Under the pieces are notes generated by a model. That model saw nothing but the letters and a program-made list of their open reading frames with translations. It was not told where the DNA came from and did no database searches. A stretch of 64,000 nucleotides of DNA from an uncultured archaeon (GTDB taxonomy: Archaea; Thermoproteota; Nitrososphaeria; Nitrososphaerales; Gagatemarchaeaceae): assembly GCA_963799775.1 (NCBI GenBank), contig CAWCYD010000002.1:64001-128000 (forward strand). The letters are read 5' to 3'. This document shows, piece after piece, positions 18,202 to 27,690 of this stretch (positions are counted from its first letter, which is position 1; each line of letters begins with the position of its first letter). Made by a program: the position numbers and the translations under genes.

Positions 18202-18460
18202 CGAGACAGGCCGAAGGGACCTTTCGCTCGTCGACCTCCTGGACCGGATCCTGGAGAAGGGCGTCGTGATCAACGGGGACATCACCGTGAGCGTGGGGAG
18301 CGTCGAGCTGCTCTCCGTCAAGGTGAACCTGGTGATCGCGTCGCTGGAGACGGCCAAGCGCTACGGGCTGAAGCTCCCGTGGGAGGAGCAGGGGCGGTCG
18401 TCGTCCAAGAGGCCTCCCAGGCGCGTGATCAACGCCAAGAACTACAAGGTGATCCGCTGA
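18191..18460 (+). CDS. gvpJ: GvpA-family accessory protein (GvpJ/M/S)
   Basis: LVDLLDRILEKGVVINGDI.VSV..VELL.....L.IASLETA..YG. Confidence 0.85.
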   Translation: MSLSETGRRDLSLVDLLDRILEKGVVINGDITVSVGSVELLSVKVNLVIASLETAKRYGLKLPWEEQGRSSSKRPPRRVINAKNYKVIR

Positions 18461-18461
18461 G

Positions 18462-18947
18462 ATGCAGGCGCTATCCAGAGGCAAAAAGGCCTCCCCAACG
18501 CCGACCGAGAAGATAGACCTTGGCGAGGGTGGCGAGAAGATGCAGCAGGGACTCGCGAAGCTCACTTTGACCGTGATGGAGGTCATCAGGCAGGTCCTGG
18601 AGCGGCAGGCCCTCAGGCGGGTCGAGTCAGGGACGCTCACCGAGGAGCAGGTCGAGCGCATGGGAGTCGCGTTCATGCAGCTCGGCGACGAGATGGGGAA
18701 GCTCACCAAGAACCTGGGCCTTAGCCAGAAGGAGCTGGACTCCACGCTGGGTTCCTTGCTCAAGACCGGCGGAAAGGCGTCCCTGGTCGACGTGCTCGAC
18801 AGTCTCGTGGCACGGGGGGCGGTAGTTGCAGGACAGGTGAAGCTCTCGGTCTCTGACGTGGACCTCGTCGGGGTGGACCTCCTGGCGATGCTCTATCCCA
18901 TCTACGGCCAGCGGCGATGGCTGGACGACAGGTCGGTGACCCCATAA
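18462..18947 (+). CDS. gvpK: GvpK with a C-terminal GvpA/J-like domain
   Basis: GLAKL.LTVMEVIRQ.LERQALRR.ESG.L.EEQVERMG, then SLVDVLD.L..RG.VVAG.V.LSV.DVDL. Confidence 0.85.
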   Translation: MQALSRGKKASPTPTEKIDLGEGGEKMQQGLAKLTLTVMEVIRQVLERQALRRVESGTLTEEQVERMGVAFMQLGDEMGKLTKNLGLSQKELDSTLGSLLKTGGKASLVDVLDSLVARGAVVAGQVKLSVSDVDLVGVDLLAMLYPIYGQRRWLDDRSVTP

Positions 18948-19682
18948 ATGGCCGATGGCCGATACGTCTACTGCATAGTCGACACGGCCGAGACTGCGAA
19001 GCTGAGGAGCATCGGTTTGTTCGGAAACCCCGCCTACATCATAAACCACGAGGAGATCGGGGCGGTCATCAGCCCCATACCCTATCAGGAGACGAACGCG
19101 AGCATCGACAACATCCTCGCCCACCAGCGCGTCATCGAGGCGGCGAGGAAGGTGGGCACGACCCTGCCGGTCAAGTTCGGGACCATCTTCAGGAAGGAAG
19201 AGGGAGTGAGGACGCTGCTCTCCAAGTCGCACGGCGAGTACAGGTCCAAGCTCGACAAGCTGAAGGGCATGGACGAGTTCGGCGTCAAGGTCCTGTACAA
19301 CAAGGCCGGGATAGCCAAGATGAAGGACCAGGTGGAGCGAGCGACCCCCGAGGTCGTGAAGATGCGCAAGTCCATCGCGAAATCCAGCTCGGGCAAGTCG
19401 TATTTCACGAAGATGAAGATGAACGAGGCGATCCGCAGCGAGACCTACAGGAAGATCGACGAGCTGAGCAGGGAGATCCACAAGGAGCTCGTCAAGAGCT
19501 CCATGGAGAACTCGATCCTAAAGACAGAGCACGAGCAGATCATCCTCAACGCAGCCTACCTCGTGCCACGCGGCAGGGGGGATGCGTTCCTGACCCGGGC
19601 CGCTGACCTTGGGCGCAGGTATGCCGAGAAGGGTCTCATCGTCCACTCAAGCGGGCCTTGGGCGCCCTACTCCTTCTGCTGA
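18948..19682 (+). CDS. gvpL: GvpL/GvpF family protein
   Basis: YVYCI, AHQRVIE, LPVKFGT, ILNAAYLV, SGPWAPYSF. Confidence 0.9.
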   Translation: MADGRYVYCIVDTAETAKLRSIGLFGNPAYIINHEEIGAVISPIPYQETNASIDNILAHQRVIEAARKVGTTLPVKFGTIFRKEEGVRTLLSKSHGEYRSKLDKLKGMDEFGVKVLYNKAGIAKMKDQVERATPEVVKMRKSIAKSSSGKSYFTKMKMNEAIRSETYRKIDELSREIHKELVKSSMENSILKTEHEQIILNAAYLVPRGRGDAFLTRAADLGRRYAEKGLIVHSSGPWAPYSFC

Positions 19683-19694
19683 GGCGACTCGCGC

Positions 19695-19928
19695 GTGATC
19701 GCGACCTACTTCATCCTGAAAATCACCTTCCAGGCCATCCTCGAGGAGTCCAACCGCATCGCAAACGAGGCCGAGAAGGGCGACAGGGCGCGGTGGCTAA
19801 AGTCCCGAGTCATCCAGCTCGACATCGACTTCAGCACCGGCGTGATAGACGAGGAGGAATACGGTCGAAGGCAGGCTGAGATCATCGATGAGCTGAGGAA
19901 GCTGGAGGCGGGAGGCCCGCCGAGTTGA
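19695..19928 (+). CDS. gvpG: GvpG-like protein
   Basis: G.IDEEEY.RRQ.E... C-terminal motif and operon position. Confidence 0.7.
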   Translation: MIATYFILKITFQAILEESNRIANEAEKGDRARWLKSRVIQLDIDFSTGVIDEEEYGRRQAEIIDELRKLEAGGPPS

Positions 19929-20367
19929 TCGGGGACATCGACGACCTGCTCGAGGAGCTCGCGAAGGCGATCGGCCTCTCTCTCCAAGACCTCGACGCAG
20001 GGAGGGTCGTGAAGAGCAGAAAGGCGGTGGGAGGCGACACGTTCAAGATAACAAGCACTTTCTCAATCGGCCCCGCGATCCCCGAGGTGGCCCGCCCTGA
20101 GCCGCCAGTCAAGGAGCCTCTTGTCGACGTCTTCGAGGACGGGAATCGCGTGCGGCTGGTCGTCGAGCTGCCCGGGATCAAGAAGGACGATGTGCACGTA
20201 AGCCTCCAAGACGGCTCCTTGCGAATCGACGTGGTCCAAGGGGGGAAGGTCCACACAAGGGAGGTCCCTTGAAGACGCCCCCGAGCGGCTTCGAGATTCG
20301 GTCGACCAGAGAGAACAACTCCGTCGTCGAGATCACCTTCGCTAGAAAGGGGAGAGCCTCAGGGTGA
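19925..20367 (+). CDS. Hsp20/alpha-crystallin (GvpH-like), frameshift ~20268
   Basis: EPLVDVFE...V.LVVELPG....V; a one-base correction continues LKTPP...RENNSVVEITF to TGA 20365-20367. Confidence 0.8.
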
Positions 20368-21482
20368 GATGAGACGAGCGTAGACGTCGAGAGGGCGCGC
20401 GCAGAGTTCCAGCAGCGCAACATCGCCGCCGTCAAGAACGCACGAGAGAGGATAGAAAGATTCAGGCAGGACGCGGTCTACACCTTCGAGCGGACGAAGA
20501 AGGAGAGGCAGCGGGTCATCGGCGACGTCGCCCACACTCTCAACGTGACGGTGAACGAGGTCCAGTCCAGACACGAGGCCGTGAGAAGGCGCCTGAGGCA
20601 GGAGGCGGTCCGGAGGGACGTCCACGTGAGAGTGAGCCGCAGCCTCGGGGCCCTGGCTGACTTCCTCAACGTGCAGCGCGACGAGTACATCGACGAGAAG
20701 GCGCTGCTCGCAGCCATAGCCGACCCGGCGATCAGCGGCTCGACCGCAGACAAGAACAGGAAGGCCTCGGTCTCAGAGCTGATCCTCTCCGCGCAGAAGC
20801 AGCTCATACAGCAATCAGAGTTCATCAACGTCGCCGCCCACGAGCTCCGCACTCCGATAATGCCGATCCTGGCGTACGCCGAGATAATGGAATCGAAGAT
20901 GCCCGAGAAGTCGCAGGAGCTCGAGGCCATAAAGCGGAACGCCATCAGGCTGCAGCGCCTCGCGGAGAACATCCTCAACGTCGCGAGGATCGACAGCAAC
21001 ACGCTGGTGCTGAGGAGGGAACCCACGAACCTGACCTCGCTGGTCCGCGAGATAATCGCCGAGAAGAGGCCCCAAAAAGGCGTCTACCTTCAATTCGAGA
21101 GCGCCGACAATCTCGTGGTCTCTGTCGACAGGGAGAGGATCTCGCAGGTCATCTCCAACCTCGTGGACAACGCAATCAAGTTCACCGAGAACGGCGAGAT
21201 CTTCGTCTCCATAAGAGCCGAGGGGAACGACGCGGTCCTCAGGTCCTGGACGACGGGCCAGGGATCGCCCAAGAGGCGTTTCCCGTCCTCTTCACGAAGT
21301 TCGGCGCGAGGTCGCAGGGCGGAACGGGCCTTGGCCTCTTCATCTGCAAGGGCATAGTCGAGGCGCACGGAGGCCTGATAAGGGCCCGCAACAGCGCAGA
21401 AGGCAGGGGAGCGATCTTCCAGTTCACCCTCCCCCTCGCGAGATCCATCGCCGGCGCGGCCACCGGTCCAAAGCAAGACTAG
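20368..21482 (+). CDS. Soluble sensor histidine kinase (HisKA + HATPase) with long helical N-terminus; frameshift ~21242
   Basis: AAHELRTP, NLVDNAIKF, then shifted frame DDGPGI, GTGLGLFICKGIVEAHGG, F.FTLP. The frame is open 59 codons upstream of the ORF-track start; true start uncertain. Confidence 0.85.
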
Positions 21483-21641
21483 GTTTCATTCCAAAGTATG
21501 TGGATTTCGGCTCCAAAACCGAGAATCTTGCGCGGAATACCCTTCAGGTCGTCGAAACATCCTTCGCGTAGGGATGGCGGGTCCATCTCCGACCTAAGAT
21601 TCAACGTATCACCACTTCAACCGTTGGGTGATTCGAATGTC

Positions 21642-21773
21642 ATGGCAAGCGAGCAGATGAGCGGGATCTGTGGGAGGTGCGGCAAAGGGGCGCACCTGGA
21701 AGGCCCGTTCAGGGTCTGCAACGGCTGCCTCCAGGTCGCCAGCGCCTGCAAGTGCGTGGACATCATGGGCTGA
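21642..21773 (+). CDS. Small Cys-rich protein (43 aa)
   Basis: CGRC...CNGC...CKC. Confidence 0.55.
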   Translation: MASEQMSGICGRCGKGAHLEGPFRVCNGCLQVASACKCVDIMG

Positions 21774-21863
21774 TCGCGTCCGTATAGAGATAGGAAGGAA
21801 CGAAGTTATGGAAGAATCTAGCGGAAAATCTATTTGACGCGCGAAACTGGAATCGGCGAAGGC

Positions 21864-22231
21864 TTGACCAAGATTCTCATAGTCGACGACGAACACGACG
21901 TCGCCGACGCGCTCAAGGCGGGCCTTCAGATGGACGGGTTCGAGGTCGACGCGTACTACGATCCCATAAAGGCGCTCGCGGCCTTCAGCCCGGACATCTA
22001 TGACCTCGTCATAAGCGACATCAAGATGCCTCACATGAATGGTTTCGAGTTCGTGTACGAGATCAAGAAGATAGACAAAGACGTCCAGGTCATATTCCTG
22101 ACCGGCTACGTGGACCTGATGAAAGAGGTGAACAAGCTCTTCACGAAGCTGAACGTCATGGACGTCATCCAAAAGCCGATAGGTGTGCGGGAACTAGCGC
22201 AGAGGATCAACGCGTTGCACCTCGGGCTGAA
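21864..22231 (+). CDS. Stand-alone response regulator receiver
   Basis: ILIVDDE, SDIKMPHMNG, FLTG, QKPI. The ORF-track extension to 22565 overlaps an antisense gene and is probably an indel artefact; end approximate. Confidence 0.85.
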
Positions 22232-22307
22232 AGCCAGCCCGGAGGGACAAGACGAAGGCCCCGCACGGCGAGTCCCTCTAGAGGGGACCGAGCATCCCTA
22301 CGCGACT

Positions 22308-22727
22308 TTAGAACGGGTAGAACTTCGGGATCGAGACACCGAAGACAGCGGTCAGGATGACGTCGAGGATCACCAGGACGGCCCAGCTCGCGATCACTAT
22401 CGCCAAGGCACCGAGCCACCCCGTGTCGAACGAAGCCCTGTATACCCCCAACCAGACGAGCAGAGCGAAGAGGAAGGCGAGCACCACCGCGCTGGATCCC
22501 AGGAACGGCGTGAGCACGAAAGCCCCAGCCCACAATATGATGACATAGGCCACCGCCCCTCCTAGCGTAGCGCCCATCGCGGATCCAAAGTCCGCGCGCC
22601 CGCCCGTCACAAGCTCTCCGGAGATGTACACGGGAATCGAGACGACTATCCAAAGTATGATCAGTGCGACCGCCAAGATCAGCACCCCGGTCAACGTCGT
22701 CGGAACCGCGATCGAGAACATTGACAT
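22308..22727 (-). CDS. Four-TM membrane hypothetical protein
   Basis: Four hydrophobic helices, Y...FDTGWLGA motif. Confidence 0.75.
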   Translation of the reverse strand: MSMFSIAVPTTLTGVLILAVALIILWIVVSIPVYISGELVTGGRADFGSAMGATLGGAVAYVIILWAGAFVLTPFLGSSAVVLAFLFALLVWLGVYRASFDTGWLGALAIVIASWAVLVILDVILTAVFGVSIPKFYPF

Positions 22728-22827
22728 CGTTATCGCTTCGAGACACGCCTTCGCGTTCTAAATAGAGGACTGCACAGCGATACAGGCTAATCTTCCAGTA
22801 GATAGATTCCCGTTCGTCCGTCTGTCG

Positions 22828-23461
22828 CTAGGCTGCCGTCTTTCGGTCTCTGATGACCCCGACCCTCACCTGGGTCTTCGGGTGCCTTCGGACGCCAAGG
22901 TCGGGGAACCTAGAGCCGCTTCTTCGTCTCTGCTGCCACCACCTCAGCGGCGTGAATCGCCTCCACAAGGGCTTCCCCGTCGACGAAGGACGCCGCGAGC
23001 TCGTCCGAGTGCATCTCCTGCTTGTGATAGCGACGAGAGTAGACAAGCGAGAAGAACGAGGTCGAGAGCAGAAAGGCCGCAATCAAGGTGCACTCCAGGA
23101 AGAGGACCGACCGGGACATCGCGAATGACGACGCGGAGAAGACGAACGAGACGAACGCCGCCGGGGCTACGACCCGCTTCCTCCTGTCTTCGCCGTCCTT
23201 CCCAAGCAGGTGACCGAACTCATGGGCTGCGACGGCGAGCCTTTGCTTTTCTGTGAGCTTGGAGTAGTATCGCGCCCCGAAGAGGAGCTTGTTGCCGATG
23301 CTCAGCGCCGACAAGTTGGACCTCGCCAGAAAGTATCTCTGGCCCGTGCTCTTGCTCATCTGGCCAGAGACATTCATCTTCTCAGCCAACGAGTCCATCT
23401 CCGCAGACTCGAAGGGCTTTGCCCCGAAGAAGATCCTCAGGTATAGCGAGCCTGCGTCCAT
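22828..23461 (-). CDS. M48/HtpX-like zinc metallopeptidase (frameshift near the C-terminus)
   Basis: AHEFGH, E..SD..A; the shifted frame supplies the terminal HP....R motif (HPKTQVRV). Confidence 0.75.
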
Positions 23462-23579
23462 CGGATGAACCCTTTCAGCCGGATCCCTCTCGACATGGGA
23501 AGATGAGGGAGCGTGGCATGAATCGGTCAGGGCATCTACGGGTAGATTTACCTTGTGAACGGACCCTTCAGCCCAGACC

Positions 23580-23919
23580 CTAGTCCAAGTTCTGCTCTAA
23601 AGGACGGGGGTTCCAACCAGGGCCAAGGAGGTTGAGCAGGAAGGAGCGGAGCAGCTTGATCTCCTCGGGGTCCGAGGTCAGGATTGTGAACCCGCGGGCT
23701 TCGCCATCCTGTCCCTCTTGCATCCCGCTCAAGCGGGGGCTCACGTGGCCAACGTCGCCTGTTTGATGCGTCTTCTTGTGGGCCTGCATGTGGACGAAGC
23801 AGTGGACCGCTCCCGCAGAGCTCGCACGTGTAACGATAGTCTGCCTCGAGCCTCGAACCGCAATAGAGGCAGTCCGAGCTGCTGCGCGCCTCCCTTCCTC
23901 CTTGCAGCCCGGACGCCAT
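23580..23919 (-). CDS. AN1-like zinc-finger protein (frameshift ~23812)
   Basis: CLYC...CELCG, then corrected frame AVHCFVHMQAH. Confidence 0.55.
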
Positions 23920-23925
23920 CCGACT

Positions 23926-24258
23926 TTAGTCCTTCCTGATAGAGGGTATCGAGCTCTCTATCGTGGGCGGCGTCTTCTCGGTCCTGTAGACATCGTATTC
24001 GTCGAAGCTCGGCGGGAGAGGCCTCATGAAGTCCTTGTTGGCCTGGTCTTCCGTCATGTTGAATCTCACTGCCTTACCGTCGAACCCTTCAACCAAGGCT
24101 TTCGGCAGGTAGAATCTTGACATCTCCTTCTCATTAAGCTTCTCCGTCATCACCCATTTTTGACCAATCTGCTTTACCTCGCCGAGGGAGATGTCGTCCT
24201 CGCCCATCGCCTCGCGGGTTACCATCTGGTCCCACCCGTAGCTAGTGACTCGTTGCAT
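23926..24258 (-). CDS. Conserved PRC-barrel-like hypothetical protein
   Basis: W......EA.G.DD.SLGEV...G...V......FYLPK.LVEGFDG pattern recalled from Nitrososphaerota hypotheticals. Confidence 0.65.
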   Translation of the reverse strand: MQRVTSYGWDQMVTREAMGEDDISLGEVKQIGQKWVMTEKLNEKEMSRFYLPKALVEGFDGKAVRFNMTEDQANKDFMRPLPPSFDEYDVYRTEKTPPTIESSIPSIRKD

Positions 24259-24357
24259 ATCTGACCGATGGTCGAGGATGATTTCACCCTCTGTCAACAG
24301 TGTTATGTAGGAATCTCGCGTTCGCAATATCAGCAGAGGGCAACATGACCACTTGGT

Positions 24358-24895
24358 TTGAGCGCCCAAGCAGTTGCGACGGAAGTTGACTGGACGGGAC
24401 ATCCATGGGTCGTCCCCGCCTTCATCTGGCTCACGGTCGAGGCCGTCGCCCTTGGGATCGTCCTGGCGACCGGGGAGTTTCTCGGGAACCTGGCCTTTCG
24501 CCATATGGGCCCTTTCGGCCTGATAGCCTGGACGATGGGCTTCGTCTTCCTGCTCTGGCTGATAGGAAGCCTGAGGCTCGCCGTCCTGAGGGCCTCGAAC
24601 AAGTACGTCCTCAGGGGCTCCAGCCTAGAGATACAACACGGCCTCCTGAGCAAGAGGATCTACACAGTCTCGGCCGCCGGGTTCTCCGACCTCGAGGTCA
24701 TCAAGAGCATCACGGGGCGCATCCTGAACATGGGGACGATAGTCATCGAGACGGACAGCGACAGGGCAGATCAGGCTGATTAAGGTCCGCGACCCTGTCC
24801 GGGTGGCCGCCTTGATAAGGCAAGTGATGACCGTGCCCGTCGTGAGGGTGGCCGCCATGGCGGGACCGCCCGCTCCTCCTGCACCTCAGCGATGA
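24358..24895 (+). CDS. Membrane-anchored bacterial PH-domain (bPH_2/YdbS-like) protein, frameshift ~24765
   Basis: Two TMs, Y.L....L.I.HGLL, S..GRIL..GTI.IET, then shifted VRDP. Confidence 0.7.
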
Positions 24896-24993
24896 GCTCT
24901 TGGCAGGCGCGGGCTCCCCCACGCCTTGCGGGGAGTTCATCGATGTCCACGTTCGTTCAAGAATAATAGAGAGAGGTCTGCCCTAGATTGCCA

Positions 24994-25509
24994 ATGGCGG
25001 TGGGGCGGTTCCAGGTCATGGCCCTGCTCCAGGCGGCCAGAGCGCACGAGCTCGGCTTCCCCCTGGAGTCGGCGAAGTCGTGGGGCCTGAACAGGGCGAT
25101 ATTCTATGCAGCCGCCAAGAGAGGGTTCAAGGGCGGAGGAGGCGCGCACGAACCGCCGGCAGCCAAGGGCAAGGGCATAAGGCCTCTGTCGGGCAAAGGG
25201 AGGGAGCCATCGTGGACTGGCTTTGGCGACGACCTCGCACCCGGAGCCGAGGTCGGGGGTAAGCGGCTCTTCGTGATCGGCGGCGAGGTCCAGACGGAGA
25301 AGGATTTCGAGAGGCAGATCCAATCCAGATTCGGCGTTGGATATGCGGAGGCGTGGGAGGAAGCTCTCGACTACGTCCGCCATTTCCCCAGGGAGACTCT
25401 AGAGTCCAGAGAGGGGTTCTACCAGGACGTCTACAGGCCGAAGAGAGACGACTTCGCCACCAAGTGGACCGAGCTGAGCCAGAAGAAGACCGCAGCGAAG
25501 CCCAAGTGA
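24994..25509 (+). CDS. Conserved archaeal hypothetical protein
   Basis: GRFQVMA.LQAARA...SAKSWGLNRAIFYAAAKRGF...FY.DVY.P.RD. Confidence 0.7.
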   Translation: MAVGRFQVMALLQAARAHELGFPLESAKSWGLNRAIFYAAAKRGFKGGGGAHEPPAAKGKGIRPLSGKGREPSWTGFGDDLAPGAEVGGKRLFVIGGEVQTEKDFERQIQSRFGVGYAEAWEEALDYVRHFPRETLESREGFYQDVYRPKRDDFATKWTELSQKKTAAKPK

Positions 25510-25627
25510 CGCCAACTTCGAGGAGGTACTGCGAGATTTCTAGCATCCGTAACAATGCTGCTGTAATGGTATATCACCGCGCGGGAGCACTCATTCGGGA
25601 AAGAGGGAAAGAGGCGTGTATCACAAT

Positions 25628-25954
25628 TTGGAGAGGAGTTCGCAGTCCGTCGAATACAGGAGCGTCCTCGGATGGGGGAACAGGGGATGGCTCGAGATAA
25701 TCAGCCTGATCATATCCGCTAGCACACACGGCGCCCTCAAGACCCACATAATGTATCAGTGCAACCTCAACTCAAAACAGGTCCAGCAATACTTGGACTA
25801 CGCATTGGCCCGCGGGCTGGTCGTCGCCTCGCCCGACCCTGAAGACGAGAGGAGGACCATCTACACCACCACAGAAAGGGGAAGGAGGTTCACGCGGGCC
25901 TACGACGAACTTGCGGCAATGTTCAACCTCCAGAGCCCGAGTCTCGACGTCTAG
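25628..25954 (+). CDS. Winged-helix regulator (HTH_45), copy B
   Basis: Close paralogue of 16864-17190 (shared SVLGWGNRGWLEII, GALKTH, CNLNSKQVQQYLD). Confidence 0.85.
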   Translation: MERSSQSVEYRSVLGWGNRGWLEIISLIISASTHGALKTHIMYQCNLNSKQVQQYLDYALARGLVVASPDPEDERRTIYTTTERGRRFTRAYDELAAMFNLQSPSLDV

Positions 25955-26055
25955 GTCTTCATCGCGACGTCTGGTCCTAAAGCTACTCGACCGATCCGCC
26001 CCAGTAACTGACCAGTTGCAAACGCTTATGTAAAGTCCGGAAAACCGCAGAACGG

Positions 26056-27025
26056 TTGAGCAAGATTTTGGTCACCGGCGCCGCCGGCCAAATCGGCTCT
26101 GAGCTCGTCGTCGCCCTAAGGGAGAAGCACGGCGAGGAGAACGTCATCGCCACTGACATCCTGCTGAAAGCAGTCGAGCGGGTCCATCCCCTCCGGCCCC
26201 AACGAGCAGGTGGACGTCACCGAGATCAGGAAGCTAAGGGAGGCCATCAGCACCTGGGACGTGACCACCATCTACCATCTTGCAGCGATCCTCTCCGCAT
26301 CGGGAGAGAAGAACCCGCAGATGGCCTGGGACGTCAACATGAAAGGCCTGCAGAACATCCTCGAGCTCTCGAGAGAGATGGGGGTAACGCGCGTCTACTG
26401 GCCCAGCTCAATCGCGGTCTTCGGCCCGGGCATCCCCCGCGTGAAGACGGGGCAGGACGTCCCCCTGGTCCCAACGACGATGTATGGGATCACAAAGGCG
26501 GTCGGCGAGCTCCTTTGCAACTACTACTTCCAGCGCTATGGCGTCGACGTCCGCTCGATACGATATCCAGGGATCATCAGCAACAAGGTGCTCCCACACG
26601 GAGGGACGACCGACTACGCGGTCGACATGTTCTACGAGGCGATCTTGAGGAAGCGGTACACCTGCTTCGTGAGGAAGGACACGGTCCTTCCAATGGTCTA
26701 CATGCCCGACGCGATACGCGCGACGCTGATGCTGATGGACTCCAGCCCTAAGAGCGTCTCCTACCACATGGGCTACAACCTAGCGGGCCTGACCTTCTCG
26801 GCCGGGGAGCTGGCCGACGAGATCAGGAAGCACATACCGGACTTTAGATGCGACTTCGTCCCAGACTTTAGACAGAAGATCGCGGACTCCTGGCCTCAAT
26901 CCATCGACGACGGCCTCGCTCGCAAGGACTGGGGGTGGAAGCCAAAGTACGCGCTGACCTCCATGGTCAAGGACATGATAAGGGAGCTGAGCGCCCGAGC
27001 GAAGCAGGGCGTCCTGGTGTCCTGA
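26056..27025 (+). CDS. tdh: SDR-type L-threonine 3-dehydrogenase (frameshift ~26200)
   Basis: [42 protein letters not shown]; kbl nearby. Confidence 0.88.
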
Positions 27026-27034
27026 TCTCGCAGA

Positions 27035-27580
27035 CTATGTGCTAGTGGTGCCTGTCTTGGACCCTTCCAGTGCACGCGCTGGTCTCAATCCTCGGGCGGC
27101 GACCACCACCCCCGCGATTACGGCGAAGAGGATTGCAGCCAGCCAGGCGGCGGGGAATTCTGGCGTGGGCGAAGTGCCCGCCTTTACCGTCACGCTACCG
27201 ACCATCCATGCGTGATACGAGCAGTAGTAGTCATAGACGCCCGGGACGGTGAATGTGAAAGGGTAAGTGGCTCCCGGCGAGATGTTCCCAGAGCCCGCGG
27301 TCGGCCAATTCCCGCCGGACGGCTGGCCCTTGGGCACCACAGTGTGCGAGGTCCCTGTCCCCGCCGTGTCGTTATTCGTCCAGACGACTGTGTTGTTGAC
27401 TCCGATGACGACTGTAATGTTCTCGGGCGTGAAGCTTGGCCCCGCGCTTGGACCGCTCCCCGACCCGTTGGGGATGGAGACGACGACAGAGCTAGCGGCC
27501 CTGGCCGCTGGGACCGCAAGAACCAATCCCGCGAGAATCACTATGACGAAGGCGCCGAAGCCGATCATCTTTCTAGACAT
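27035..27580 (-). CDS. Secreted cupredoxin (plastocyanin-like) with PEF-CTERM-like anchor
   Basis: Signal peptide, V.WTN.D...HTV, YYCSYH.WM (H-C-H-M type-1 Cu ligands), PEFP + TM + basic tail. Confidence 0.85.
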   Translation of the reverse strand: MSRKMIGFGAFVIVILAGLVLAVPAARAASSVVVSIPNGSGSGPSAGPSFTPENITVVIGVNNTVVWTNNDTAGTGTSHTVVPKGQPSGGNWPTAGSGNISPGATYPFTFTVPGVYDYYCSYHAWMVGSVTVKAGTSPTPEFPAAWLAAILFAVIAGVVVAARGLRPARALEGSKTGTTST

Positions 27581-27690
27581 TGCAACCGATTCCTTTACGC
27601 CGGGATTGATTAAAGTTTCCACTATGATTTCCATAACGTGAAAAGGAAATAAGGCGAGCGCAGCCATGCACGAAGCGGTTCTCAACAAAC

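Noticed and set aside
20359-20373. In-frame TGA between Hsp20 and the kinase (read-through or selenocysteine fusion)
   Set aside because: Context GGGTGAGAT fits the GTGA stop/start overlap used in this operon with one base lost; no Cys-like context or SECIS evidence.
21834-22565. 243-aa receiver with output domain
   Set aside because: The tail is antisense to the membrane-protein gene; probably a lost stop.
26006-26017. Inverted repeat AACTG-AC-CAGTT upstream of tdh
   Set aside because: Short single occurrence; cannot be distinguished from chance.
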